DNA of 64,000 bases, taken from assembly GCF_009914755.1 (NCBI RefSeq), contig NC_060932.1; one strand, 5' to 3'. The DNA is from the human T2T-CHM13v2.0 reference genome, Homo sapiens. A program made the position numbers and the translations under genes. Position 1 is the stretch's first letter; every line of letters starts with the position of its first letter. Below the pieces are notes generated by a model. The model was given only the letters and a program-made list of their open reading frames with translations. It did not search any database and was not told the DNA's origin. Positions 40,179 to 53,026 of this stretch are shown in pieces.

Positions 40179-41570
40179 AAAGCTGGAGGCATATTACCTG
40201 ACTTCAAATTATACTCCAAGGCTCTAGTAACCAAAACAGCATAGTACTGGTATAAAATAGGCACAAAAATAAATGGAACAGAATAGAGAACCCAGAAATA
40301 AAGCTGCAAATCTACAGCAACTGATCTTTAACAAAGTTAGCAAAAATATAAACTGGGGAAAACTACCATTTTCAATAAATAGTACTGGGAAAATTGGATT
40401 GCCATATGCAAGAAAATATAATTGGGCCTGTATTATTCGCTATATTTAAAAAATCAACCCATGATGAACTAAAGGCTTAAATGTAAGAACTGAAACTATA
40501 AAAATACTAGAAGAAAACCTAGTAAAAACTCTTCTGGACATTGATCTAGGCAAAGATATCATGGCTAATAACTCAAAAGCACAAGCAACAGAAACAAAAG
40601 TGGACAAATGGGAATTAATTAAACTAAAAAGCTTCCGCACAGCAAAAGAAATAATCAAAACAGTGCACAAGTAGCCTGCAGAGTGAAAAAACATATTTGC
40701 AAACTATGCAACCAACAGAGGACTATATCCAGAATTTAAAAGGAGCTCAAACAATTCAACAAAACAACAAAAAACAAATAACCTCATTAAAAATTGGAAA
40801 ATGACTTGAATAAACATTTTTTAAAGAAGACATACAAATGGCCAAGAAGCATATGAAAAACTCCTCAGCATCACTGAGCATCAGAGAAATGCAAATTAAA
40901 ACCACAATGGGATACTATCTTACGTAAGTCAGAATGTGGCTATTATTGAAAATAAAAAAATCACAGATGTTGGCAAGGTTGTAGAGAGAAGGAAACACTT
41001 ATACATTGTTGGTGGAAATTAGTACAACCTTTATGGAAAACAGTATGGAAATTACACAAAGAACTAAAAATAGATCTCCCATTCAATCTAGCAATCCCAC
41101 TACTGGATATTTACCCAAAGGAAAAGAAATTATATCAAAAAATACTGGCTCTAACATATTTATCACAGCAGCATTCACAATAGCAAAGATATGGAATGGA
41201 CCTGTGTCTGTCAACAGATAATTGGATTAAGAAATGTGGTAGACATACACAATAGAATACTATTCAGCCATACAAAATGAAATCATATCTTGTGCAAAAG
41301 GATGTATGGAACTAGAGGCCATTATCTTAAGTCAACTCAGAAACAGAAAGTCGAATACCACATGCTCTCACTTACAAATGGAAGCTAAATAATACGTGGA
41401 CATAGAGTGTGGATTGATAAACTATGGAGGCTCAGAAAGGTGGGAGGGTGGGAGGGGGTGATGGATAAGAAATTACATAATGGGTACAATGTCCATTATT
41501 TGGGTGATGGCTACACTAAAAGCCAACTTTACTACTAAGTAATATATCCATGTGACAAAACTATATGTTA
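40179..41570 (+). mobile_element. 5'-truncated L1MA1-3-like LINE (ORF2 3' part + 3'UTR)
   Basis: aagctggaggcat..acctgacttcaaattatac...; 3'UTR ggtacaatgt...gggtgatggctacactaaaagcc...atatatccatgtgacaaaact. Confidence 0.92.
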
Positions 41571-42249
41571 AATATATATTTATAATATATATTACATTAA
41601 ATTTATATATAATTTGTATATTAAGAAAATATATTTTAAAACAATGACACTTGGACTCTACTACAGATCATTGTCTGCATCTGGGATAAATTCTGGTTAG
41701 ATACGTTAAGAGAGAAAAGAATTCAGCCAGTGTTAAAGATTGTGGCTGTAGGAGTAATCCAGTTTCCCCAAAGACTTTTTCATCTCTGGATTAGAGATAA
41801 TGGCCAATATAGGATGACATCTGGAATAAGAAAAAGCTCCTCTCAATTTTTTGTGTCTCATAAGCTCTGTCCCTCAAGAAAAACTTAATTCCTTGGAGCC
41901 AGGAACTCATTGGCCCAATCACCTTCAACTTTTAACTACAAAATCCATGGAACATTCTGGAATATTGAACAAAGCTATATCAAATTTTGATTGCAACAAC
42001 ATAAGTTCTTATGAGAGATGGTCTTAAATTATCTCTATCAAACATATTCTTACTTACCTAAATACAGAGGTAGCTAAGCAATTTTAAAAATGCTCATTGG
42101 TCCTTCAAAATACATAGGATTTTGAGGGGTTTTTTCCCCCTAATTGTAGCTGTTACCCTGGTAATACAGGTTAATTTAGATTCTTGATATGAGATTGAAT
42201 CAGGTTACCTTAAACCATGGAAATAGTTTTTTTGAATACGTCTACTCAA

Positions 42250-45050
42250 TCTGTTGTGTTCTTACTGGGAATAATGAAAGATAAGGGCATTATTCACAAA
42301 GACTGACATGCATAATGAACTAAGCATAATATAATGTAGAATAAAATGTGTGCTAGAAGAGAGGTGCTATGAGAGTAGAACAGAAGGAACATTTACTTCT
42401 GATTAAAGCATTGGAGAAGATTTAATTACAGTTGTATTTAAGCCAAGATTAAAACATGGGTAATATTTAGCTTAGTTGGAAATCATAGAAAGAGTATACC
42501 TGGTTAAAAAAAAATAAGCAAAGTTACAGAAGAACTCAAGAGTGCGTGGAGAGGAGGTTTGGAGAACCACGAGCACTTGGACTGGAGTTTATAATTCTGG
42601 TTAGAATAAATTGAGAGGTGTGTGGGGGAAGATAATTTAAGTCACAAATTATAGATTTTTGATCTGGAGGCCTCAGAACTTTTCATTTTGGTAAAGACAC
42701 CCCATCTCAGGATATTGAATAGGGATACTATGTGAGTCAGCCTCTATTTTGATAAAGTAAACCTTAAGGATCTTGCGAGGTGCATTAGAAGACAGAGAGG
42801 CTAGAAACAGACCAATTTAGGAGTCTATGGAATAGACCAGACAAGGGATTCTGAGTGCTTGGATTTGGTCATTGGCGGTGAAAATGAAAAGTCTGGATGA
42901 ACATGAAAAACATTCTCAAAGGTGAATCAAGAAGACCCTAGTAACTAATTAAAATTGTAAGGTGGACAGGTGGACATAGACAACAAATTGTTTCAGAAGT
43001 TCATAACTGAAAACATAATAGCAACATTAACAGACATACAGAGCACAATGAGTCAAATAGACTTTGGCAGAAGGGCAGGTAGTTTAAGACATTGAATTAG
43101 GAACATATGTGGGTACTCGTATGTATAATGGTTCTGTGAGTCAGCAGTTCAGAAGATAAATTGAAATTGTGACTGAGTCTTGCAAATATGCAATTTTTAA
43201 TTTTTTTTCCAATCCTTTTATCTGACACAATCTGCCAAAGGGACTTCCATTTCCGCCTACAGCATTGACTCCCCAGTATGTATCTGCTGAGTTTCAGCCC
43301 CACATTTTAAATTACCTCTTTATTGCCCCACCCAGACATTTTAAAAACATGCCAAACTCAACATATGCAAAACTGATGTCATCATTTCTAATCCTCCAAT
43401 CAAACCCGCTCTGAAGCCTGAAGAAATTACAGTGCTGGTGAATGCCATTACTATTATCAACCTGGATACTAACAACTTACCCCACAGCAACACAAAACAA
43501 AACATATACACAAGCTTGTGAGTCATCCTAAACTCCTCTCCGTTCTGATATCACTAGTCTAGATCCTAATCCTTTTTTTTTTAAGAATTACTGAAATAAA
43601 TTTCTACCAGAGGCTCTTTTCTGTGGACTGCCAAATCCACTCCCTGTACAGCTACCTGAGTGCCACATAAAGTGGCGATATCATTATTTCACCTTTAATC
43701 ACATTATACTCTTTTTGTTCATGTGGCTTACTTTGTTCCTAAAGAAAAGAACAACTACACTGTTTTTTTTTTTTTTTTAATGATTACTTTCTGGAATAGC
43801 GATCCTCAAAAGTTTCTGAATAAACAAAAATATTTGTGTTTAGAATAACTAATATGAAATGGTAGTTGAAGGTATGGCAGTGGGGAATGACCAAATGTAA
43901 AGAAAAAAGAGGATAAGCAATACACTTTCAAAGAAGGAGATCAAAAGATAAAGCTGTGGAGGATTTTAAGAAATGAATCATCATAAAAGAACCAAAGGGA
44001 AATAACATTTAAGAGAGGAACATTTTAAGAAGGAAGACTTATTTACTTACCTAATCTCTGTAAGCAGTAAACTATTACGACTCTCGTAACTCTTTGCTGC
44101 TTCCTCCGTTTGTCAGCTTGATGTTTTCTCTTCCACATTTTCTACCAGCCACACACATATGGCTATTGTCCACAGTTCCATCCTTCGCCTGCTTCTCCTT
44201 CCACTCTGTACCATCTCCCTGGGAAATCATTTTCATTTCTGGGTATAAACTATCACTGAGGCACAATGACTTCCAAATCCGTATTCCCAGCCCTCTTTGT
44301 TTCTACTGACAATTTCTGCAAGATGCATGTGTCCACACTTCCAAAATGAAGTCAGCTTCTTTCCCGAATATGCTTATCTTATTCCACCTATGTTCTATAA
44401 ATCTTGTTTACTGTAAGCATTTCTTTTATTCTACAAGCATAAAATATGCTTTATTCTTGATTGTGTTCTTTCTTATACTCCAATCCATATCAGTCACCAA
44501 ATTTCATCAACTCTCTCTTCTAAATGTGTCTTACATCTTCTTCCCTACCATCTCCACTTTTACTATGTTCATTCAGTTCTTCAGCATGATTTATGTAGAT
44601 TATTACAGAGGCTCAAAACAGGTACGTTCACCACAATCTCTCCCAATCCAAAGTATCCTTCATATGGTTATCAGAGATAGTTTTCTAAAGTGGAATGTGA
44701 AATAGGCTCATCTGTTTTTTTTTTTTTTAAACAAACAAATAGAACCATCTTAACTCTATAATGATCAGAGAAAAATTTCCAATCTATTAATATCTTATAA
44801 AGGGACTTCTAAAATATGACTGCAACTATATTTTTTAGAAACATCTCTAAATGCTTTGTCTACATCACAAAACAAATAGAAAAGTTCTCAAATTGTCATA
44901 CTCAACATGTTTTGTTACATTTTCATGTCTTTGTAGAATATGTATACTTATCTGGGAATTCTTCCCCTGTCCATTAATATGTAGCTTCTTTTTAGAAAAT
45001 ATCTGCTTATTCATGATGAATTGTTTCAAATGCCATCCTTTTTTTAAAAA
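42250..45050. mobile_element. Cluster of degraded L2 fragments in both orientations
   Basis: Purine-rich antisense L2-like stretch 42.25-43.1 kb; sense L2-like aaactcaacatatgcaaaactga (43.33 kb) and ccaaatccgtattcccagccc...ccaatccatatcagtcaccaa (44.27-44.5 kb). Confidence 0.55.
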
Positions 45051-45065
45051 AATATTTAGATTTAA

Positions 45066-45381
<316 letters not shown>

Positions 45382-46781
45382 AGACTTAATGTGCTAAATC
45401 CAACTTTCCAAAGAGAAAAGCCTCTAGTTTGTAGTTAGAAGCTATGCCTTCTTAACAAATTTATATCTGTGATAGCCATTTAAATTGTGATCATAATAAA
45501 AGGTATCTGTTCAAAAGAAAATTACCTCTACTTTTTCTATTCTCTGAATTATCTCACTGGTATAGTGTGAACCTCTAATTTCATGTGCTTTTCAGTGAAT
45601 GTTTGCTTTTGTTTCACTGCTAAGAGGAAATGAAAGCCCATAGTTTTGTATCTAATGTATATTTTTGTACCAAAATGCATTGCTCAGAGCTAATTTGTAT
45701 CAGATGTTCAGCCATTAGATAAACTAGCATTTCTTCACTGCAGTGAAAACTACGCAAGTGTAGCCAAGAAGTTGATCCCATTTTTTTTACTTTATTTTGT
45801 CTTGCTAAGAAAATTAAAAAGAATAAGCTTTGCCTTATATTACTGTTGTGCTTATACTTCTTTTCCCATCTGAAAGCTATGATACATGTTTAACAATAAG
45901 CAAATGGTCAAGAAACACACCACGCAGGGACAAATTTAGTCTGCAGATGACAATCACTGCCAAAATGCCATCTGAACCATGATAGTTCAAATTTTGGCCC
46001 GAGTACCCAAAAAGAAAGAAAACTGTGTAATGCAGAGGGGGAGACCAAGTGAAACTCAATCATGCTAAGCATCACAATTGTAAAGTCAAGATGAATAAGA
46101 AGAAATGAAAAGCTATTCATCGAAGCTGCCTCCACATGGGACAAATGATTCTTATGCTTGAAATAGATTTAAGTGTCCCCAAACAGCAATCTCACTCTCG
46201 CACAGGAAATGAAAATAAAAGCAAGCAAGCAGCCAGTCAGAAACAGTCACCACCTTCTGGGAACAGCCACTTGAGAGCTGGCAGAATGTGCAGCTCTGTC
46301 AGATCCATGCAATTATAAAAACATTTGAATAGGAATACTTGAAAATGATCTTTAACTCTAGTGGGATGCTGAAATGACTTTTTTGAACTTTTCTCATTTT
46401 TCTCAGTTTTTTTTCTGACTCTGTAAGGTAAATTATGACCTAAATGTTTCATGCGTGGCGTTCTGGTTGGATTTGGGGGCTTATCATAATTTTATTTGTA
46501 TATGTTGAGAGGTTTTAATAAATTGTGTCAACTAGAAAAACAGTGGGAAGCATTGTTTCAGATGTGGAGTGGCAGCCTACAGGCTTGAGCTGTTATTTGA
46601 AATTCCATTGAATTCTAATTTTTTAAAAGAGGTAGCTGTTCATACTTTATTAAAGTTTACTAATTATAGACTGTAATTCTTGACATCCAAGCATTATATA
46701 GCTGTTAAAGACATGGAAAAATGATTGTATTTGAACTCAGACAACTGGGCCTATTTATTATATTATGTTTGTCTGTTTTCA

Positions 46782-46786
<5 letters not shown>

Positions 46787-46820
<34 letters not shown>
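46787..46820. repeat. (GT)17 microsatellite
   Basis: GT run with degenerate flanks. Confidence 0.97.
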
Positions 46821-46821
<1 letters not shown>

Positions 46822-46844
46822 TGTCTGTGTACGTGTGTATGTTT

Positions 46845-47810
46845 AGTTTTAGATATGTCACTTAGCAGCTATGGTAACGTGTAAATCCTGAGATTCTGTC
46901 TTTTTGAACTTTTAAAATAGTTGTCTATTAGCAGTAAACCTTGGCCTACTCATATCACAGATTATTTTGGGGGGGAAATCATGACAGATCATGTGTTAGG
47001 TCACTTTGTAAAAGCTAAATTAATAGACACATGAAATGCTTTGCTATTTAGAAGGCAGCATTAGGAGTCATGTGACTTATATTCTAGTTTCTATTCTACC
47101 ACTTACTTGCTTTATGGCCAAGGTGAATCAGTTAACCTTTATGTGACTCTGTAAAAGGAAACTGATTTTTGTAGTTGATGATTACTTCAAAGAAGCATAT
47201 TTATTTCCTTTTTCTCTTATAATTCTTGGGTAGTAGTGACAGTAATAACAAAAATAACTGTCACTTATTGAACGCAGACTTCAAGATTATATTATCAAAA
47301 GGTTAAGATTAGAATTAATGAAGACCAACCATGATCTATTTGTGGATCAAATAATTATACCCATTTAATATCTTGATACAGAGTTGACTCTTACTCCTAG
47401 CTTTTGTTCATAGTTCCTGCAGTCTAAGATATTTTCACATATTACAGATGAATATGCTGATTTAATCATGGCCCCCTTAGGCTCCATGCCACCAAGGGCA
47501 CAAATTTGAAATTTGTGACAGAATTTAGATTTGTGATTTGGTGAGAGAACAGAGCAGCTCTAACTGATAATATTAATAGTATTAATTAATATTTAAGAGA
47601 GCACATACTCTATTCCAAGTAGTCTTCTAAATAGTTTACATGACTACATGGTTTCATCTTCACAATACGCCTAGGAGACAAACACTATTATTTTACATTT
47701 TACAGATGAGAAAACTGAAGAACTGAGAGCTTTAATTCACATAAATAATAAGAGACACAACCTAGACATGATCTAAGGCCATTGGACTCCAGTTGAGCCA
47801 CTGGGCTCTA
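46845..47810. mobile_element. Three MIR fragments (+ 46845-47030, + 47055-47160, - 47575-47810)
   Basis: gtcacttagcagctatgg; ctaccacttacttgc...ttaacc...ctgtaaaa; ttttacagatgagaaaactga. Confidence 0.65.
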
Positions 47811-48052
47811 CCATCAGCAAGCTATGATCTAACTGCTTAATTTTACTTAAAGATATTTGTTAGTCTTACTAGTTTATGCCTAAGATAATAATAATAATAA
47901 TAACTTAGTCTAACTCTCCTACAGGTGAATTTTTAATATTCCAGGGGTACTTGAAAAAGAATATTTCAGTTATTATATACATCTCTGTCTTTGATGATTT
48001 GATGGAAATATAATTTCAAATAGTATATTCCAGTAGCGCATATGATCCAGGG

Positions 48053-49735
48053 AGGGAGGCAGAGCAAGATGGCTAAATAGAAGATTCCACAAATTGTCCT
48101 CCCCTGAGAAACAAAAATTTAACAACTATCTACACATAAAAGCACCTTTATAAGAACCAAACCTTGGGTGAGTGATTACAGTACCTGATTTTAACTTCAT
48201 ATTGCTGAAAAAGACACTGAAGAGGGTAGGAATGACAGTCTTGACTTGCCAATGCCACTCATCTCCCTAGTCTGATGGCAGGGAGATAATCCATGCTTTT
48301 GTGGGAGGGAGAGTGCAGTGACTATGGGACCCAGCATTGGAACTGGGTGCTGCCAACACCAGGCAGAACTCAGGTGGTGCCCATGGAGGGAATATTTAGA
48401 CCAGCCGTAGTCAGTGGGAAATTGCCCATCCCAGTGATCAGAACCTGAGTTCTGGCAACCCTTGTCACTGTGGCCTTAAAAGCTCTGGGGTTCTAAATAA
48501 ACTTGAAAGGTAGTCTAGGCCACAAGGACTGCAACTCCTAGGAAAGTCCTAGTGCTGTGCTGGGTGTGGAGCCAATGTCCTTAGAGGACATGTAATCTTG
48601 TGATACATCAGCTGGGGTGGATAAGGGAGTGCTTGCATTACCCCTTCCCCAACCACAGGTAGTGCAGCTCGCAGCTCCAAAAGAGACCTCTTCCTTCTGC
48701 TTGAGGAGAGGAGAGGGAAGAGTAAAGAGGACTTCACTCTGCAACTTGGATACCTGTTTAGCCACAGTAGGATGGAGCATTCGGCAGAATTGTGGGGTCC
48801 ACATTCCAGGCCATAGCTCCCAGATGACATTTCCAGACACATTCTGGGCCAGAAGAAAACCTGCTGCCTTGAAGGGAAGTACTCAATCCTGGCAGGATTC
48901 ATCATATGCTGACTAAAGAACCCTTGGGCGCTGATCAGCAACAGTAGCCAGGGAGTATATCCCATGAGCCTTGAGTGAGACTGTGAAATGTATTGGCTTC
49001 CAGTGTGACCCAGAACATTCACAGCTATAGTGGCCACGAGGAGAGACACCTTCTGATTGAGAAAAGCAGAGAGAAGAGTAAAGGGGACTTTGTCTTGAGC
49101 TTAGGTCTCAGCTTGGCCACAGTGGGAAAAAGCACCAAGTGGGCTCTTGAGGCTCCCAATTCCAGCACATGGCTCTTAGATTGCATCTCTGGGCCTGCTC
49201 TGGGCCAGAGGGGAGCTCACTGCCCTGAAGGGTGAGTCCCAGCCCTGGCAGCATTTACCGCAAGGATACTGAAGAGCTCTTGGGCCTTAAGTAACATTGG
49301 TAGTACCTTAGCAGTACTCCCTGTGGGCCTGTGGTGATTGTGGATACTGGGAGAGTCCTCTGCCTGAGGAAAGGGGAGGGAAGAGTGGGAAGGACTTTGG
49401 TGGTTTGAGTGCTGGATCAGCTAAAGTAGAATAGAGCACCTGATAGATTTCTAGGGTTTCTGACTCCAGGCACTGACTCCCAGACAGCATGTCTGGATTC
49501 ACCTGGGGAACTCATTACAGTTAAGTGAAGGACATAAGTCTGGTTGGCTTCACCACCTGTTGACTGTAGAGCCCTAGGGCCTTGAGCAAACGTAGGCAGT
49601 ATCCAGGTAGTAGTTATAGTGGACCTTGGTCAAGACCCAGTGCTGTGTGGGTTTCAGGTCTGACCCAGTGCAATCCCAATGGTGGTGGGCAAAATGATGC
49701 TTGTGTCACCCCTCCCCCAGCTCCAAGCAGCTAAG
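48053..49735 (+). mobile_element. Old L1 5'UTR (L1M1/L1MA-type 5' end), without ORF1
   Basis: ggaggcagagcaagatggctaaatagaag start typical of L1 5' ends; GC-rich with internally repeated gagaggagagggaagagt..gactt blocks. Confidence 0.8.
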
Positions 49736-49798
49736 CTGATACAAGCAGCTAAGGTGATACAACTTTACCTTTTTACTTTTACAACCAATCAGCAGTTA

Positions 49799-50101
49799 TT
49801 GTTTGTTTGTTTTTGTTCTTGTTTTTGTTTTTATTTTTGGTAGGATCTGGCTTTGTTGCCCATGCTGGAGTGCAGTGCAAAACTCTGCCTCCCAGGCTCA
49901 ATCAATCCTCCCACCTCAGCCTCCCAAGTAGCTGGGACTACAGGTGCGTGCCACAACACCTGGCTAATTTTTGTATTTTTAGTAGAGATGGGGTGAAACC
50001 CCCATTACCGAGGTTGGTCTTGAACTCTTGAGCTCAAGCAATCTGCCTGTCTAGGCCTCCCAAAGTGCTGGGATTACAGGCATGAGTTACTGTGCCCAGA
50101 C
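49799..50101 (-). mobile_element. AluJ-like SINE
   Basis: gagctcaagcaatc and ggctcaatcaatcctcccacc J-type motifs; near TSD caatcagcagtt/cactcagcagtt. Confidence 0.92.
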
Positions 50102-50729
50102 CACTCAGCAGTTTTTAAATTAATTATTACTGACTTCTTGCCAAAATTTTCCTCGTGATTTTTCCAAACTTTTTTTACTTTTCATAAGTATTTAACTCTT
50201 GGCAGACTTATTTATCTCCTTCTTAAGACAACTGAAGTTATTTGATACCCAATCCACTAATTTCTCTGAACTCCAAATGTAAAACTGGCAAACTCTCCTC
50301 TATATTTATTCTCTCAGTGTGCCAAGACCATCCACTCTACACTTTACTGGACATCTATTTAGCAACTTTTACTGCTGCTAGGAAAAGTTTGGGCAAAACC
50401 CAGCAGGAGAGATAATTATTTTTAGATTTTTAAATATGAAGAAGTTGAGATTAAAAGTAGCTAAATTTTTTTTCTGAAATCATAGAGTGCATAAAGGAGA
50501 ACTAGGATTAAAACCAAGGATTTTCTCATTTTCAAGACTTCCCTTCCTTTACCATTACCTCTTTTTCAGACTACCCATAACTCAGTCTTATTTCAGTTTT
50601 TCATTCTCTGCTATGCCTATTTTTACATGCTTACAGCATGATTGAACCTTTTCTGCACACACACACACACGCGAAAATATTCTTAGCCCTTTTCTTTTTA
50701 AAAAGTACCCCCAAGATTTTGTGACTGTC

Positions 50730-51070
50730 TCTTGCTTGGCTTTGTATGGTATTTCCTAATAATCGGGGTAAAATTATGCACTTTGGGCAGAAATACTATG
50801 TAAGTTAATGTGTTGCTTAATAAATTATATCAGGAGGTACATGCTATTGGTTTGCCCAATTTAGTGACACTAGATCTGATTGCATAAAGAAGTGCCCATC
50901 AGATTTCTCCACTAAAAAATTGGTAATTTCTCTTTCTAATTAATAAGTAATCTGTGAGCATTACTTGGAAGCTATCATGTTCCTCATCAATCTTTTACCC
51001 AATAATTTTAGGGTATAAGGAAGACTCTTGCCTAAAGCAATGATTATTATAGTTTTTGCAAAATGGTGAG
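50730..51070 (-). mobile_element. L1MC-like 3'UTR fragment
   Basis: tatcaggaggtacatg...cagatttctccact...aattaataagtaatctgtg...ttgcaaaatggtga. Confidence 0.65.
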
Positions 51071-51880
51071 AAATACATTTTAAAAATAAATGTTTAGAAC
51101 ATTAAGACTTTCAAATGACAGCTAAATTTTTGTCCTATTTTAAATATATTAAATAAGAATAATGTTTAAATCTGTATTCAGTCCTTGCCTCATTCATTAA
51201 AATTTTTTAATTTTTGTAAAAATTTATACATTTAGGCAACAATATATACTGTTTTAACAAATAACTTTAGGTATATTAACAGAATACTCTCAAAAACATT
51301 TTATTCACTGGAGTCCCCAATCTTGGGAGACTTCTATCCTAGGTCACAAGAAAAGCACGTGGAAAATTCTATTATTGGTTTTATAGTGTTATTTTTCACC
51401 AGTACTGAGTGGCTTTTACCAAACTTTAATTACATCATATTCTGGCACAAAATTAAGTCACTCATTCAAATTGAGACAAACTTAAGTAATCTCAAAATGT
51501 TTAAATGCTGCATTTCCTGAATAATTAACTTGATGGCTAGATTGAATTAAAAAAAAAATTCTACTCAAAGACCGACTAGCTTATCCTGCAACTTTCTAGA
51601 TAGGAGAACTGCTGGTTTCTCATCCACCTCAGCTCCCTGGTTACTACTGTCACTTGGTCTAGAAAGAAACATCATTAAGATGAATCAGGACCACTGTCCA
51701 TAACCAGCATAGCTAGTCATGGCTCCTTGAATCAAATTTGAATTGATTAGTACTTTGAATACTGTACACAGGAAGGACTTGTTCCTTTTATTAGGATAAT
51801 ATTCTGTGGCGAAAGATAGTTTATATTAGCCCTGCCCTACACTCTACTCAGTTCCAACTCCCTTTTAAAAGAAGTTTCTT

Positions 51881-52300
<420 letters not shown>

Positions 52301-52639
52301 TTATTGAAAGTCTTCATCTTGTGGTTTTTGTTAATAATGCCTAGACATCTTTACCTCCCTTTCCTTTCTGCATCATAAAACAACAGTGACAGTGTTGTGA
52401 GATATGTTGAGTAGAATATTCTGTCTTTATGAAATAAAAGCAAGCTCAATACCAAATCAAAAATCTTTAAAGTATGTCTACCTAGAAAATGATATAGATG
52501 TGATGTGTAGTCTGGCAGGATCTGGAAATGTAATGTGAACAAAGCTTAAATAGTCTCCGCTTTAAGGAAACCTACCTTTTGGTGAAGCAGTAAGCTGAAA
52601 AAAATCTAAAGATTTATTGTAAAATTGCTACAAAAAATA

Positions 52640-53020
52640 AAAATGTTTAGAAAGAATATCACAGGAATTATTCAGTATATTTATGAAAAAGAAATTTAAA
52701 AATTTTACTGAGGAATATAAAGAAATATGTCAATAAATGGGCATGTTTTTACCTGGATTTAGAGATAAGTATTGGAAACTGGTCAATTTTCCCAAATTAG
52801 TATATAAATTTAATATCATTACAACAAAAACATATATACATATAGGCATCCCTATATGTTTACATAGTGTGCTTATGTGTATGTTTGTATGTATGAATAC
52901 ACAATGAAATATAGGAAAATGGCCAAGAAAATTCTACAAAAGGAAAGTTGAGGGAATTGAAGGAAATAGCCGTATGATATATTTTTATTTTTTTAATTTA
53001 TTGTAATTAAAATCCTCTTA
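52640..53020 (+). mobile_element. Old L1M ORF2 fragment (further pieces at ~55780-56490)
   Basis: gtcaattttcccaaattagtatataaatttaat; later gatatcaaggtttactataaacctacagtaat...gaatagagtccagaaat. Confidence 0.6.
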
Positions 53021-53026
53021 AGAAAC

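Noticed and set aside
48538-49502. 166-aa and 100-aa ORFs
   Set aside because: Chance ORFs in a GC-rich L1 5'UTR
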